In this document: positions 45,265-54,896 of the stretch, in pieces
How positions within the stretch are numbered: position 1 is the first letter of the stretch
Layout of the letters: each line of letters begins with the position of its first letter
Source of the DNA: an uncultured Thermodesulfobacteriaceae bacterium
GTDB lineage: Bacteria; Desulfobacterota; Dissulfuribacteria; Dissulfuribacterales; UBA3076
Length of the DNA stretch: 64,000 nt
Assembly (NCBI GenBank): GCA_964646435.1
Contig: CAZYEJ010000006.1
Location: 1,965-65,964 of the forward strand
Reading direction: 5' to 3'
Position numbers and translations under genes: made by a program
Notes under the pieces: generated by a model
Databases searched by the model: none
Seen by the model: only the letters and a program-made list of their open reading frames with translations
What the model was told of the DNA's origin: nothing

Positions 45265-47199
45265 TCAGCCAACCTCAATCCTGGCCCTTACCCAATTAAG
45301 AAGGCTGCCAGAGGCCAGTATCAGGCGATCTCTTTCAGACAGCTCCAGGCAGGCCTTTATTGTTTTGTCCTTACCGATTTCTACTGACACCTTGTCTGAG
45401 CCTCCCAGCAGCGCAGTCCTTAGGCCTGGGATATTAACAGTGTCTCCCAGCTCAATCCGATCGTAGTCATCCGGATCTATAAAGGTAAGTGGCAGGATGC
45501 CAAAATTTATAAGATTTGCCTTGTGAATTCTGGCAAAGCTCTTTACCAGTTTAGCACGTACTCCAAGGTACCTTGGTGCCAGGGCCGCATGCTCCCTGGA
45601 GGAGCCCTGGCCGTAATTTTCCCCTCCGACTATGATCACATTACCTGCCTCCTTGGCCCTTGAGGAAAACTCCGGATCAATAGCGGAAAAGACATACTCA
45701 CTGATAGCAGGCACGTTGCTCCTGAATGGTAATATCTTGCTCCCGGCAGGCATTATAAGGTCAGTGGTTATGTTGTCTTCCACTTTGAGGAGTACAGTAG
45801 CCTTCAAGTCTTCCGGCAGAGGCTCAAACTCCGGAAGAGGTTTTATGTTGGGGCCGCGCAGTACTGATACGTTCGAGCCGTCCTCAGGGGGAGGAATTAT
45901 CCCATTGTCATTAATAAGATACGTCTCAGGAAGCAATACCTCAGGGACTTGCCCAAGATCTCTCGGATCTGTAATTACACCTTTTATTGCGGATGCAACT
46001 GCGGTTTCAGGACTGCACAGATATACCCGGTCGTCCTTTGTGCCGCTTCTTCCAGGGAAGTTACGGGTAAAAGTCCTCAAAGAGATAGTATCTGTGGCCG
46101 GGGCCTGCCCCATCCCAATGCACCCCAGGCAGCCGCACTGGTGTATTCTGGCCCCGGCGTGGATCAACGTGCGCAAAGCCCCAGCCACATCGGCGTTTTC
46201 CAATACCTGCCGGCTTCCCGGATTTATCTCAAAGCTCACAAACGGGTGTATTTCCCTGGATTCAAGGGACCTGGCAGCAACTACTATGTCCCTGAATGAT
46301 GAGTTGGCACAGGAGCCTATAATGACCTGAGATAACGGCTGTCCTGCCACTTCTCGCACAGGTACCACGTTGTCCGGGGATGATGGACAGGCTATCATTG
46401 GCTCAATAGAAGAGAGATCTATATTGATTATTTCATGATATACGGCATCCTGGTCGGCTTTAAGAATTTGCCATACATCTTCTCTTTTCTGGCTGACAAG
46501 GAAGCTCCGAGTCATCTCATCAGAAGGAAAAACTGTACCGGTAGCCCCCAGTTCAGTTCCAAGGTTCGCTATTGTAGCCCTGTCAGTAACAGATAGCGTG
46601 GCAACACCAGGTCCAAAGTATTCAATGACCTTTCCCACACCGCCCTTTACTGTCATCCGGCGGAGTAATTCCAGGATGACGTCCCTTGCCGAGACCCACG
46701 GGCCAAGCTTTCCTGTGAGACAGACACCAGTAACATATGGCATTCTCAAGTAAAAAGGTTGCCCGGCCATGGCCATGGCCACATCAAGACCACCCGCACC
46801 TATGGCGAGCATCCCGCACCCACCGGCTGTCGGAGTGTGACTGTCTGATCCCAGCAGTGTCTTGCCGGGGACAGCACACCGCTCAAGATGTACCTGATGG
46901 CATATGCCGTTTCCCGGACTGGAAAAATGGATGCCGTAGCGGCCGGCAATAGACTGGAGGAACCTGTGATCATCAGCATTCCGGAAGTCAGATTGCAGTA
47001 AATTATGGTCTACATAACTTATCGACAGTTCTGCCTTGACCTTAGGTATGCCTATGGCCTCAAATTCCAGGTAGGCCATGGTGCCCGTGGCGTCTTGAGT
47101 AAGAGTCTGATCAATGCGGATGGCGATCTGGCTCCCTGGAGTCATTTCACCTTCCACAAGGTGCGCATCTATGATTTTTTCTGTTGCTGTTAAACCCAT
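45265..47199 (-). CDS. Aconitase-family hydratase (644 aa, large and swivel domains fused)
   Basis: GSDSHTPTAGG, IGSCANSS, CGCLGCIGMG, and C-terminal GGENYGQGSSREHAA. Confidence 0.85.
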   Translation of the reverse strand: MGLTATEKIIDAHLVEGEMTPGSQIAIRIDQTLTQDATGTMAYLEFEAIGIPKVKAELSISYVDHNLLQSDFRNADDHRFLQSIAGRYGIHFSSPGNGICHQVHLERCAVPGKTLLGSDSHTPTAGGCGMLAIGAGGLDVAMAMAGQPFYLRMPYVTGVCLTGKLGPWVSARDVILELLRRMTVKGGVGKVIEYFGPGVATLSVTDRATIANLGTELGATGTVFPSDEMTRSFLVSQKREDVWQILKADQDAVYHEIINIDLSSIEPMIACPSSPDNVVPVREVAGQPLSQVIIGSCANSSFRDIVVAARSLESREIHPFVSFEINPGSRQVLENADVAGALRTLIHAGARIHQCGCLGCIGMGQAPATDTISLRTFTRNFPGRSGTKDDRVYLCSPETAVASAIKGVITDPRDLGQVPEVLLPETYLINDNGIIPPPEDGSNVSVLRGPNIKPLPEFEPLPEDLKATVLLKVEDNITTDLIMPAGSKILPFRSNVPAISEYVFSAIDPEFSSRAKEAGNVIIVGGENYGQGSSREHAALAPRYLGVRAKLVKSFARIHKANLINFGILPLTFIDPDDYDRIELGDTVNIPGLRTALLGGSDKVSVEIGKDKTIKACLELSERDRLILASGSLLNWVRARIEVG

Positions 47200-47432
47200 T
47201 TATTTCTCCAGATGTCTTTATTCTAATCTTGAAAGCCCTGTCCTCTGGTCAAGGATTCCTTAAAAATTTATGTGGGAGGTATTATAAAAGCCGCAGACCA
47301 TGACGGCAAGCTTGACATTGGGTCAACAACTGCTAAAAGTTAAATTAACTATGATTACACAGTAAAAAGTGGTTCGCTCAAGATATTTTAGGTTGAAAGT
47401 GCAAATTTTTTGAGGTATTAGAGATAATTAGT

Positions 47433-47485
47433 GTCTGAACGAAAAAACAGTTCAGACATAATTTTGAATTTTGAATTTTGAATTA
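47433..47485 (+). repeat. Repeat family R4: hairpin plus AATTTTG heptamers
   Basis: GTCTGAAC-GAAAAAAC-AGTTCAGAC then ATAATTTTGAATTTTGAATTTTGAATT. A homologue lies at 63215-63262. Confidence 0.65.
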
Positions 47486-47502
47486 AAAAAGGAGGATGGC
47501 CG

Positions 47503-47955
47503 ATGGTAGAAGTCAAAAAGATACTGTTCCCTGTAGATTTTTATGAAAGTGCCCTTAAGGTTTTGCCTATTGTGAAACTTATGGCAGAAAAGCTAGGGGC
47601 AAAGGTAGAGCTTATTCACGTGGTGAGAGGCTCATCGGATTTTGTTGGTTATGAAATGGGCACCGCCTGGTATTCTAACTTTGAAGACGAACTCATCAAG
47701 GGCGGCGAGAAAGCCATGGATAAGTTCCTGGAAGAAAAATTGGCTGGTCTGGATGTTGACACAACAGTTGCTGTAGGCGATGCGGCGGAAGAAATCATTA
47801 AATACGCCGATAAGACCGGGACAGATATGATCATAATTGGGACCCATGGGAGAAAGGGGCTGGAGAAAATCCTGTTTGGTAGCGTAGCGAGGGGCGTAGT
47901 CAAGGGGGCCAATTGCCCGGTCCTTACTGTCAATCCACATAAGGTGGGCAAGTGA
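47503..47955 (+). CDS. Universal stress protein (UspA family)
   Basis: KKILFPVDF...DMIIIGTHGRKGLEKILFGSVA...CPVLTV. Confidence 0.9.
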   Translation: MVEVKKILFPVDFYESALKVLPIVKLMAEKLGAKVELIHVVRGSSDFVGYEMGTAWYSNFEDELIKGGEKAMDKFLEEKLAGLDVDTTVAVGDAAEEIIKYADKTGTDMIIIGTHGRKGLEKILFGSVARGVVKGANCPVLTVNPHKVGK

Positions 47956-47971
47956 TCCAGTGATTTTTACT

Positions 47972-48046
47972 TGATGGTCTCGCAAAAAGTCCTGAAACGA
48001 TTTTTCATACAGTGAAGGCTCGATATACTGACTTTTTACGAGATCA
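47972..48046. repeat. Inverted-repeat element
   Basis: TGATGGTCTCGCAAAAAGTC / GACTTTTTACGAGATCA. The core matches at 14 of 16 positions, with a loop of about 38 nt. Confidence 0.5.
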
Positions 48047-48113
48047 CCCCACATAACAGAGCCATAAGCTGCATTTAAAAAATCGTTAGGGAAGCAAAAA
48101 AGAATTTTCGTGA

Positions 48114-50804
48114 TTGATTTTGAATAATTTTTTAACCGCTTTTCCCACCACCATTATCACCTCACACCTCAATGCGGATTTTGATGCCTTGGCCTCTTCT
48201 TTGGCCGCAAGCAAGCTTTATCCAGGGGCTCAAATCGTCCTGCCCGGTTCCCAGGAGAGGGACCTGCGGGACTTCCTCCTGCTGTCGAGCAGTTACTTCA
48301 TAAACGTAAAACGTTTAAAAGACATAGATCTTGACAAGGTCAAGCTTCTGGTAATTGTAGACACCAGGCAGAAAAGCCGTATCGGTCCTTTGGCTTCGCT
48401 TCTGGAAAGGCCTGATGTTGAAGTCCATGTATTTGATCATCACCCCCCTTCTAGTGAGGACATAAAGGCCTCTAAGACCCTTTTCAGGCCGGTGGGCGCA
48501 AACACGACCCTGATGATCCGACTCCTGAGAGAAAAAGGGGTGGATATAAGTCCTGACGAAGCAACTTTCCTGGCTGTGGGTATATATGAGGACACTGGCT
48601 CTTTTACTTTCAGCTCCACCACTTCCGAGGATCTGGAGGCGGCCGGCTGGCTGCTTGAGAAAGGGGCCGACCTCAAAACAATCTCCGAACTCCTCGAACA
48701 CAGGTTCACCCCCGAACATGTAAAGCTTTTAAACGATCTTTTGGACACCGCAGCCACTTATACTATGGCCGGCATCCCTGTCACCTTGGCAAAGACATCA
48801 TCGCCGACGTATGTGGAAGACTTCGCTGTCCTGGCTCACGAACTAATGGATATGGAGAAACTCCCCGTAATTTTTGCAATAGCACTTATGGCGGATCAAG
48901 TATTGATAGTGGGCCGTAGCCGGGATAAGAGAGTTGACGTAGGGAAGGTGCTGAAGGCAATCGGTGGAGGGGGCCACCCCATGGCTGCATCTGCCACGAT
49001 AAAGGGACTGACTCTGGCTGAGGCTGAAGAACGCCTTGTCGCCGAGCTTCACAAGCAGCTCGGAACAGAGCCTAAGGTGAAAGACATTATGTCGTATCCG
49101 GTGCTCTCGGTCTTGCCGGATACCACTCTTTCCCAGGTCAATGATAAATTAACGCGCTATGGCATCACTGTTTTGCCTGTGGTCCAAGAAAAAAAAGTCC
49201 TGGGCCTCATTTCCCGCAGGACAGTGGAGAAGGCAATATACCATGGTCTTTCAGACCTGCCGGTACGTGAATACATGACTACGGATTTCGAAGTCATCTA
49301 TCCGGAAGACACTCTTGCCAAGGTCCAGGAACTTATTGTCAACCATCGACAGCGCTTTATCCCTGTAGTGGATAAAGGACAGGTAAAAGGAGTAATCACC
49401 AGGACGGATCTCCTCCAGATATTGAGTGGAGATGCCGCAAGAAGACCTGAAGCTTTGCTTTCAGGAAAGGAACAGCGCAAGAACGTTCTTTCCTTGTTGA
49501 GGGAAAAGCTCACCTCCAATATATTTGATCTATTGATGAATGCGGGGAAAGTGGCAGAGGATGAAAGTTTTCATGTTTGTGTCGTAGGCGGCTTTGTGAG
49601 GGACCTGTTATTAAGAAAACCTAATCTGGATATAGATCTGGTAGTTGAGGGGGATGGAATCGCCTTTGCCAGGGCCTTTGCCAGCCGGTTCGGAGCAAGG
49701 GTTCGTGCCCACCAAAAGTTCGGGACAGCGGTTGTGATCTTCCCGGACGGCTTTAAAGTGGACGTGGCAACAGCCCGGTGGGAATACTACAAGTATCCAG
49801 CCGCCATGCCCACAATAGCCCTCTCGTCCACCAAGTTGGATCTGTTCCGGCGGGATTTTACCATCAATACATTGGCTATTAAGCTAAATCCGAATGAATT
49901 CGGATTGTTGATAGACTTCTTTGGAGGCCAGAGGGATCTCAAAGACCGTATTATACAGGTCCTCCACAGCCTGAGTTTTGTTGAAGACCCGACCAGGGTC
50001 TTCCGGGCAGTCCGCTTTGAGCAACGATACGGTTTCAGGATAGGCAAGCAGACATTGAGGTTGATCCGGAATGCCGTGCGTCTCGACTTATTCTCAAGAC
50101 TTTCCGGAAAACGTTTACTTACCGAACTCATACTGATATTGAAGGAGCCGGATCCAAGATCTGCCATCAAAAGGCTGGCCGGCCTAGGCTTACTGAAAGT
50201 AATTCATCAAAGCATTCGATTAGGACCAACGGAAGAAGAAATCCTTACCCGGTCTTACGATGTCCTGGCCTGGCATGATCTGCTCTTTAGACCACAGAGG
50301 CCGAGAAAGTGGGTGGTTTATCTGCTGGCGCTTTTTGAAGGGCTAAAATTTTCAGAAATTCAAGAAGTTGTAGACCGCCTGGGCCTTGTTGGCTCAAAGA
50401 GGAATATCTTTATAGAAGGACGTAAAGTTGCAATAAAGGCCCTCGGTCTTCTCTCCAGGCGATCTTTTATGAAGGCCAGTGAGGTCTATTGGCTGCTGAA
50501 AGGCCTGGATCTTGATCTCCTTCTCCATATCCTTTCAATTACTGAGAACGAAGACGCCCGGCAGGCTATATCCAGGTATATCACAGAACTATATAACGTA
50601 AGCCCCATGCTTACAGGAGATGATTTAAAAAATATGGGCCTGGAGCCAGGCCCTCTTTTCCGGACGATACTCCATCGCCTGCTTGAGGCCAGACTGGACG
50701 GAGAGGTCAGGTACCGGGAAGACGAGATCAAGTTGGTGAGACGGGATTTTTTGGATCAGTCAGAATTGCAAAAATTAAATTTAAACCACGAAGAACACGA
50801 ATAG
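48114..50804 (+). CDS. Multidomain DHH/DHHA1 - tandem CBS - poly(A) polymerase/CCA-adding nucleotidyltransferase family protein
   Basis: SHLNADFDALAS, DHH, GGGGH, two CBS-like segments, and VVGGFVRDLLLRKPNLDIDLVVEGD. Confidence 0.8.
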   Translation: MILNNFLTAFPTTIITSHLNADFDALASSLAASKLYPGAQIVLPGSQERDLRDFLLLSSSYFINVKRLKDIDLDKVKLLVIVDTRQKSRIGPLASLLERPDVEVHVFDHHPPSSEDIKASKTLFRPVGANTTLMIRLLREKGVDISPDEATFLAVGIYEDTGSFTFSSTTSEDLEAAGWLLEKGADLKTISELLEHRFTPEHVKLLNDLLDTAATYTMAGIPVTLAKTSSPTYVEDFAVLAHELMDMEKLPVIFAIALMADQVLIVGRSRDKRVDVGKVLKAIGGGGHPMAASATIKGLTLAEAEERLVAELHKQLGTEPKVKDIMSYPVLSVLPDTTLSQVNDKLTRYGITVLPVVQEKKVLGLISRRTVEKAIYHGLSDLPVREYMTTDFEVIYPEDTLAKVQELIVNHRQRFIPVVDKGQVKGVITRTDLLQILSGDAARRPEALLSGKEQRKNVLSLLREKLTSNIFDLLMNAGKVAEDESFHVCVVGGFVRDLLLRKPNLDIDLVVEGDGIAFARAFASRFGARVRAHQKFGTAVVIFPDGFKVDVATARWEYYKYPAAMPTIALSSTKLDLFRRDFTINTLAIKLNPNEFGLLIDFFGGQRDLKDRIIQVLHSLSFVEDPTRVFRAVRFEQRYGFRIGKQTLRLIRNAVRLDLFSRLSGKRLLTELILILKEPDPRSAIKRLAGLGLLKVIHQSIRLGPTEEEILTRSYDVLAWHDLLFRPQRPRKWVVYLLALFEGLKFSEIQEVVDRLGLVGSKRNIFIEGRKVAIKALGLLSRRSFMKASEVYWLLKGLDLDLLLHILSITENEDARQAISRYITELYNVSPMLTGDDLKNMGLEPGPLFRTILHRLLEARLDGEVRYREDEIKLVRRDFLDQSELQKLNLNHEEHE

Positions 50805-50866
50805 ACACAAAACGGAATTGAGGAATAGATGAACTTTGGACATATTTGTAGTATATTAGAAGGATT

Positions 50867-51502
50867 ATGGATTTTGCTGCAATAATTCAAAGATTCGCAA
50901 TACTTACACCACCCATACTTATTGCTGTTACCGTGCACGAGATGGCCCACGGGTGGGTGGCTTATCGCCTCGGTGACCCCACTGCAAAACTTATGGGACG
51001 CCTTACTCTTAACCCTATTCGTCATCTTGATCCCATCGGTACAATGGTATTTTTTCTCACTCAGACCATAGGTTGGGCAAAGCCTGTACCGGTCAATCCC
51101 AGTTATTTTAAGAATCCCAGGAATGACATGATCTGGGTCTCACTGGCAGGTCCCGGGGCCAATATCCTCCTGGCAATATTGAGTGCTGTTTTGCTAAAAC
51201 AAGTATTGGGGTCGTTTTGGGAGACGTCGGGCTTTTTCATGCGTCCGGCTCTATACATGGCATATGTGAGTGTACAGATTAATGTAGGGCTTGCAGTGTT
51301 CAATCTCCTTCCCATCCCGCCTCTCGACGGTAGTAAGGTCCTTATGGGTATACTTCCCCCTGACCTAGCAAGCTCTTTCGAGAGGTTTGAGCGTTATGGT
51401 TTCTTGCTGATTTTAGTGCTTGTCTTTACAGGAGTGACCGGCCGCGTTATCGTCCCGCTGATCCTTTATCTGAATAAACTCCTATTAGGAACCGTACTTT
51501 AG
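50867..51502 (+). CDS. Site-2 protease (M50) family membrane metalloprotease
   Basis: HEMAHG motif, NLLPIPPLDG, and multiple TM segments. Confidence 0.85.
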   Translation: MDFAAIIQRFAILTPPILIAVTVHEMAHGWVAYRLGDPTAKLMGRLTLNPIRHLDPIGTMVFFLTQTIGWAKPVPVNPSYFKNPRNDMIWVSLAGPGANILLAILSAVLLKQVLGSFWETSGFFMRPALYMAYVSVQINVGLAVFNLLPIPPLDGSKVLMGILPPDLASSFERFERYGFLLILVLVFTGVTGRVIVPLILYLNKLLLGTVL

Positions 51503-51514
51503 ATGTGAGCCTTT

Positions 51515-52522
51515 ATGAGTGAACAGGCAAAACAACGAATACTCAGTGGCATGAGGCCCACTGGCAAGCTGCACCTGGGGCACCTGCACGGTGTACTTGA
51601 GAACTGGAAACGTCTTCAAGAGACATATGAGTGCTTCTTTCTTGTGGCTGACTGGCATGCCCTAACTACCAATTACGAACGCCCGCAGGAAATTCCGTCA
51701 AACATGGATGAGATGGTACTGGACTGGCTGTCTGTGGGTATAGACCCGGACAGAGTTACCATGTTTGTCCAGTCAGAAGTAAAGGAGCACGCAGAGCTTC
51801 AACTCATGCTTTCCATGATCACGCCTGTTTCATGGCTGGAGCGCAACCCTACATACAAGGAACAGCAACAGCATCTCAAGGAAAAGGACCTCGCAACCTT
51901 TGGTTTCCTTGGCTATCCGGTCCTCCAGGCTGCCGACATACTGCTGTACAAAGGCCACAAGGTGCCTGTAGGCGTGGATCAACTGCCCCATATTGAACTA
52001 ACCAGGGAAATCACACGCAGGTTCAATTATCTGTATAAAGATATTTTCCCAGTACCTGATGCCATGCTGGCAGAGGTCCCCAAGCTCCCAGGGCTGGACG
52101 GCAGAAAAATGAGCAAGAGTTATGGGAATTCCATATTTCTGTCAGATCCTCCGGACGTGATAAGAAAAAAAATATCCACGATGATAACTGATGTGGAGAG
52201 GCCGAGGATGGGAGACCCTGGTGATCCTGAAAACCGCTGTATAGCCTTCAGGCTTCACCAGCTTTATTTGCCGGCAGAACAGCTTGCCGTCATTGTGTCT
52301 GAATGCAAGGCAGCCAAGCGGGGTTGTGCGGCATGTAAGAAAGAACTTGCAGAGGCCATTATACGAAAAATGGACCCGATCCGGCAGAGGAGAAAGGCCC
52401 TTGCTGCCGATCCCGGCAAAGTCAGGGCCATATTGGCAGATGGGGCCAACAGGGCCAGAAAGGTTGCGCAGTCAACAATGGCGCAGGTATGGAGTGCCGT
52501 TTGGAACCGGAATGCCAAGTAA
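51515..52522 (+). CDS. trpS: Tryptophan--tRNA ligase
   Basis: SGMRPTGKLHLGHL (HIGH region) and KMSKS. Confidence 0.95.
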   Translation: MSEQAKQRILSGMRPTGKLHLGHLHGVLENWKRLQETYECFFLVADWHALTTNYERPQEIPSNMDEMVLDWLSVGIDPDRVTMFVQSEVKEHAELQLMLSMITPVSWLERNPTYKEQQQHLKEKDLATFGFLGYPVLQAADILLYKGHKVPVGVDQLPHIELTREITRRFNYLYKDIFPVPDAMLAEVPKLPGLDGRKMSKSYGNSIFLSDPPDVIRKKISTMITDVERPRMGDPGDPENRCIAFRLHQLYLPAEQLAVIVSECKAAKRGCAACKKELAEAIIRKMDPIRQRRKALAADPGKVRAILADGANRARKVAQSTMAQVWSAVWNRNAK

Positions 52523-53250
52523 AGCTGGAGGCCTTCGAAGGGCCTTTAGATCTGCTCCTTCACTTAATCCAAAAAAATAAGCTCGAAATTACCGACATCC
52601 CCATAGCTGTGGTCACTGCCCAGTATCTGGAGTATCTGGAGTTCATGCAGGCCGCCCTTGACGTGGTGGTGGCCGGTGAATATCTGGTGATGGCTGCCAC
52701 CCTGATGTACATCAAATCCAGGATGTTGCTGCCAAGGCCTGATCCCGCGAATTCTGAAGACGACCCCAGACTTGAGTTGGTCCGGCCCCTTCAAGAGTTG
52801 GTTCAGATAAGAGAAGCAGCCGCGTCCCTTGGGTGCAGACCTATATTAGGCAGAGATATATTTATCCGTGAAGGAGGACTGGAGAGTGAGGAATCAAGAA
52901 ATAGTGTGGAAGTCTCTGAGCCTGCCGGATTTGAGGGTACCTTTGACGTAAGCCTCACAGACCTCATCTCTGCTTTCAAAAAGGTGCTGGGAAACAATTC
53001 TCTTCCCAGGATCCTTGAAATCACCAGGGCCAAGGCCAGCCTTTCTGAACGAATGGAATCTATTGCCGAAGAGCTTAACCAGATAGGAAGTATCCGTTTC
53101 TTTGAGTTATTTTCTTCAGAAGATCGGGAAATGATCGTCGTTACGTTTCTGGCAATACTTGAGCTTGCCCGGTTGGGAAAGGTGCGTCTTTTGCAGGAAA
53201 AACCAGGGGGAGACATCCTAATACTTTTCAGAGGCAATGTTGAATTTTGA
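52489..53250 (+). CDS. scpA: Segregation and condensation protein A
   Basis: VKLEAFEGPLDLLLHLIQKNKLEITDIPIA. The last codons and the stop lie in repeat R3 copy 2. Confidence 0.88.
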   Translation: MECRLEPECQVKLEAFEGPLDLLLHLIQKNKLEITDIPIAVVTAQYLEYLEFMQAALDVVVAGEYLVMAATLMYIKSRMLLPRPDPANSEDDPRLELVRPLQELVQIREAAASLGCRPILGRDIFIREGGLESEESRNSVEVSEPAGFEGTFDVSLTDLISAFKKVLGNNSLPRILEITRAKASLSERMESIAEELNQIGSIRFFELFSSEDREMIVVTFLAILELARLGKVRLLQEKPGGDILILFRGNVEF

Positions 53251-53319
53251 ATTTTGAATGCTGAATTGTGGAAGACGATCTAAAAAAACATATACCTTAA
53301 TTCAACATTCAACATTCAA
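53238..53319 (-). repeat. Heptamer-armed hairpin family R3, copy 2 (inverted relative to 19048-19135)
   Basis: The reverse complement reads TTTTGAATGTTGAATGTTGAATTAAGGTATATGTTTTTTTAGATCGTCTTCCACAATTCAGCATTCAAAATTCAAAATTC. Confidence 0.75.
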
Positions 53320-53351
53320 AAAAAAGCCCGGTAGGCCGAAACCCGCCGGGC
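53318..53351 (-). terminator. Intrinsic terminator downstream of yeeE
   Basis: GCCCGG...CCGGGC hairpin, followed by T8 on the minus strand. Confidence 0.7.
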
Positions 53352-53401
53352 TTTCATGTTAGATTTCCTTAATAAACAAGAAGGCGAAATTTCTTATCCG
53401 A

Positions 53402-54619
53402 CTACATCGGTACGACCAGCTTTTCCGTCTCCTCATTCCAGGTCACAATGACATACCAGAGAGCCATTACAAAAAGGATAAGGGCCAGGCTGCCTCCGTA
53501 ACCAAGCCAGGTGTCAGGCATGTACACAAAGCTGCCGAATTTGCCGCTGTTGGTTATACCCTCCTCCATATAGTCCTCCATTCCTTCCCAGTCATTGGCC
53601 TTGAACCATCCATCTACAATGGCATTAGAAAGACCGAAGAAAAGTCCCACAACCCACAACTTAATCTGACCCTCACCTATGCGCCAGAGAGTCCCTGTTC
53701 CGCAGCCTCCGGCAATTACGCCACCAAAGCCGAAAATAATGCCTCCTACAACGCCGCCCCAGCCAAAGAAACCCCTGACATAGTGTTCGACCATCCGGAT
53801 CTCGGTAAATTTAAGGATCGCACATCCGACAGCCACAATAGCTACGCTGAGGGCCACAGACTTGGCCATTTTGGCATCACCTGACAGATGTGGCTCACGA
53901 AAGCCCTGAATCATGCACCAGCGCCCACGCTGCATTGTGTACCCGATACCGCCTGCAATAATCAGAAGCCCGGCCAGCCGCACCAGAGCATCATCGTCGC
54001 TGGTTGCATAGGCATTAGTCCCCCAAATAAGGACGCCAAGCGCCGCGATACCCAGAATAATCTGGAAAGGCAAGGGAAGCCCAAGGGTCTTCGCCCCTCC
54101 GGAACCCCAAGAGATATGCTCCATTTCCCAATAAAGATACCTGACACCGATCACTGCACCGATGATGATCCCCGCCATCATACAAAACCCGCTGGCAGAA
54201 AGATTCCCGATCGAATTGTAAAATCCTCCGAGGTTACATCCACCTGACATAGCAGAACCAATACCCATGAATATCCCTGCAAACACTGCCTTTACTATCT
54301 CCAGCCTTGGGGGAATCCTGATGGCAAAGTCCCCGCCAAGGCAGGCCGAAATAAAGGCACCGGCCACTACACCTATGCCGATGACAGAACCGCTACTGAC
54401 GAGGATGCTAGCCGGTTTGTCCTCAAATATGTGTATGCCATAGAGTATCCATTCACCCCAGTTTCTTACCGCACCAACCGCACCCCAGGGCCGCGCCCAG
54501 GTAAATATCATAATGCTCAACAGGGCGACTAAGATCCCACAAACAGTGGCATTCCATTCCCCTGTACACAAAACCTTGTAAAGTCCTTTGGTCTTTTTTA
54601 CCAATATGCTTTCACTCAT
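53402..54619 (-). CDS. YeeE/YedE-family sulfur-compound (thiosulfate) transporter
   Basis: A polytopic membrane protein with GGCNLGG and GGCGTG motifs. GGAGG lies 9 nt upstream of ATG 54619. The tracked start is TTG 54637. Confidence 0.75.
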   Translation of the reverse strand: MSESILVKKTKGLYKVLCTGEWNATVCGILVALLSIMIFTWARPWGAVGAVRNWGEWILYGIHIFEDKPASILVSSGSVIGIGVVAGAFISACLGGDFAIRIPPRLEIVKAVFAGIFMGIGSAMSGGCNLGGFYNSIGNLSASGFCMMAGIIIGAVIGVRYLYWEMEHISWGSGGAKTLGLPLPFQIILGIAALGVLIWGTNAYATSDDDALVRLAGLLIIAGGIGYTMQRGRWCMIQGFREPHLSGDAKMAKSVALSVAIVAVGCAILKFTEIRMVEHYVRGFFGWGGVVGGIIFGFGGVIAGGCGTGTLWRIGEGQIKLWVVGLFFGLSNAIVDGWFKANDWEGMEDYMEEGITNSGKFGSFVYMPDTWLGYGGSLALILFVMALWYVIVTWNEETEKLVVPM

Positions 54620-54861
54620 CAATCCACTCCTCCCCAAAAGCCTTATCTTCTAAAACTTGACTGTATGTCTATATAATTTGGCATTCTTCATAGCAAGCAA
54701 AAAGTAGTTTCCAACTAACTAAACATTATTATTAACAATTTTTCAAATAGTCTCGTTTAAGTCAAGCCAAGTCCAGACTTTTTCATAGCAGTCTCATCAG
54801 GGGCTGTCAAGCCTGATCATAGGTTTCACTGGCACTGAAAGCGCACCTGGCTCAGTAAATA

Positions 54862-54896
54862 ATTCTTAACTCTTAATTCCTAATTCCTAATTCCTA
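54862..54896 (-). repeat. Tandem AGGAATT heptamers spanning the lptD stop codon
   Basis: Minus strand reads AGGAATT x3 then AAGAGTT AAGAATT. Stop triplets sit every 7 nt at 54887, 54880, 54873 and 54866. Confidence 0.7.

Noticed and set aside
54830-54845. Sigma54-like -24/-12 element TGGCACTGAAAGCGCA on the + strand, with GG and GC at the correct 12-nt offset
   Set aside because: No + strand gene or recognisable RNA lies downstream, since lptD is on the opposite strand. The -12 region lacks the TT of TTGC. This is likely a chance match.
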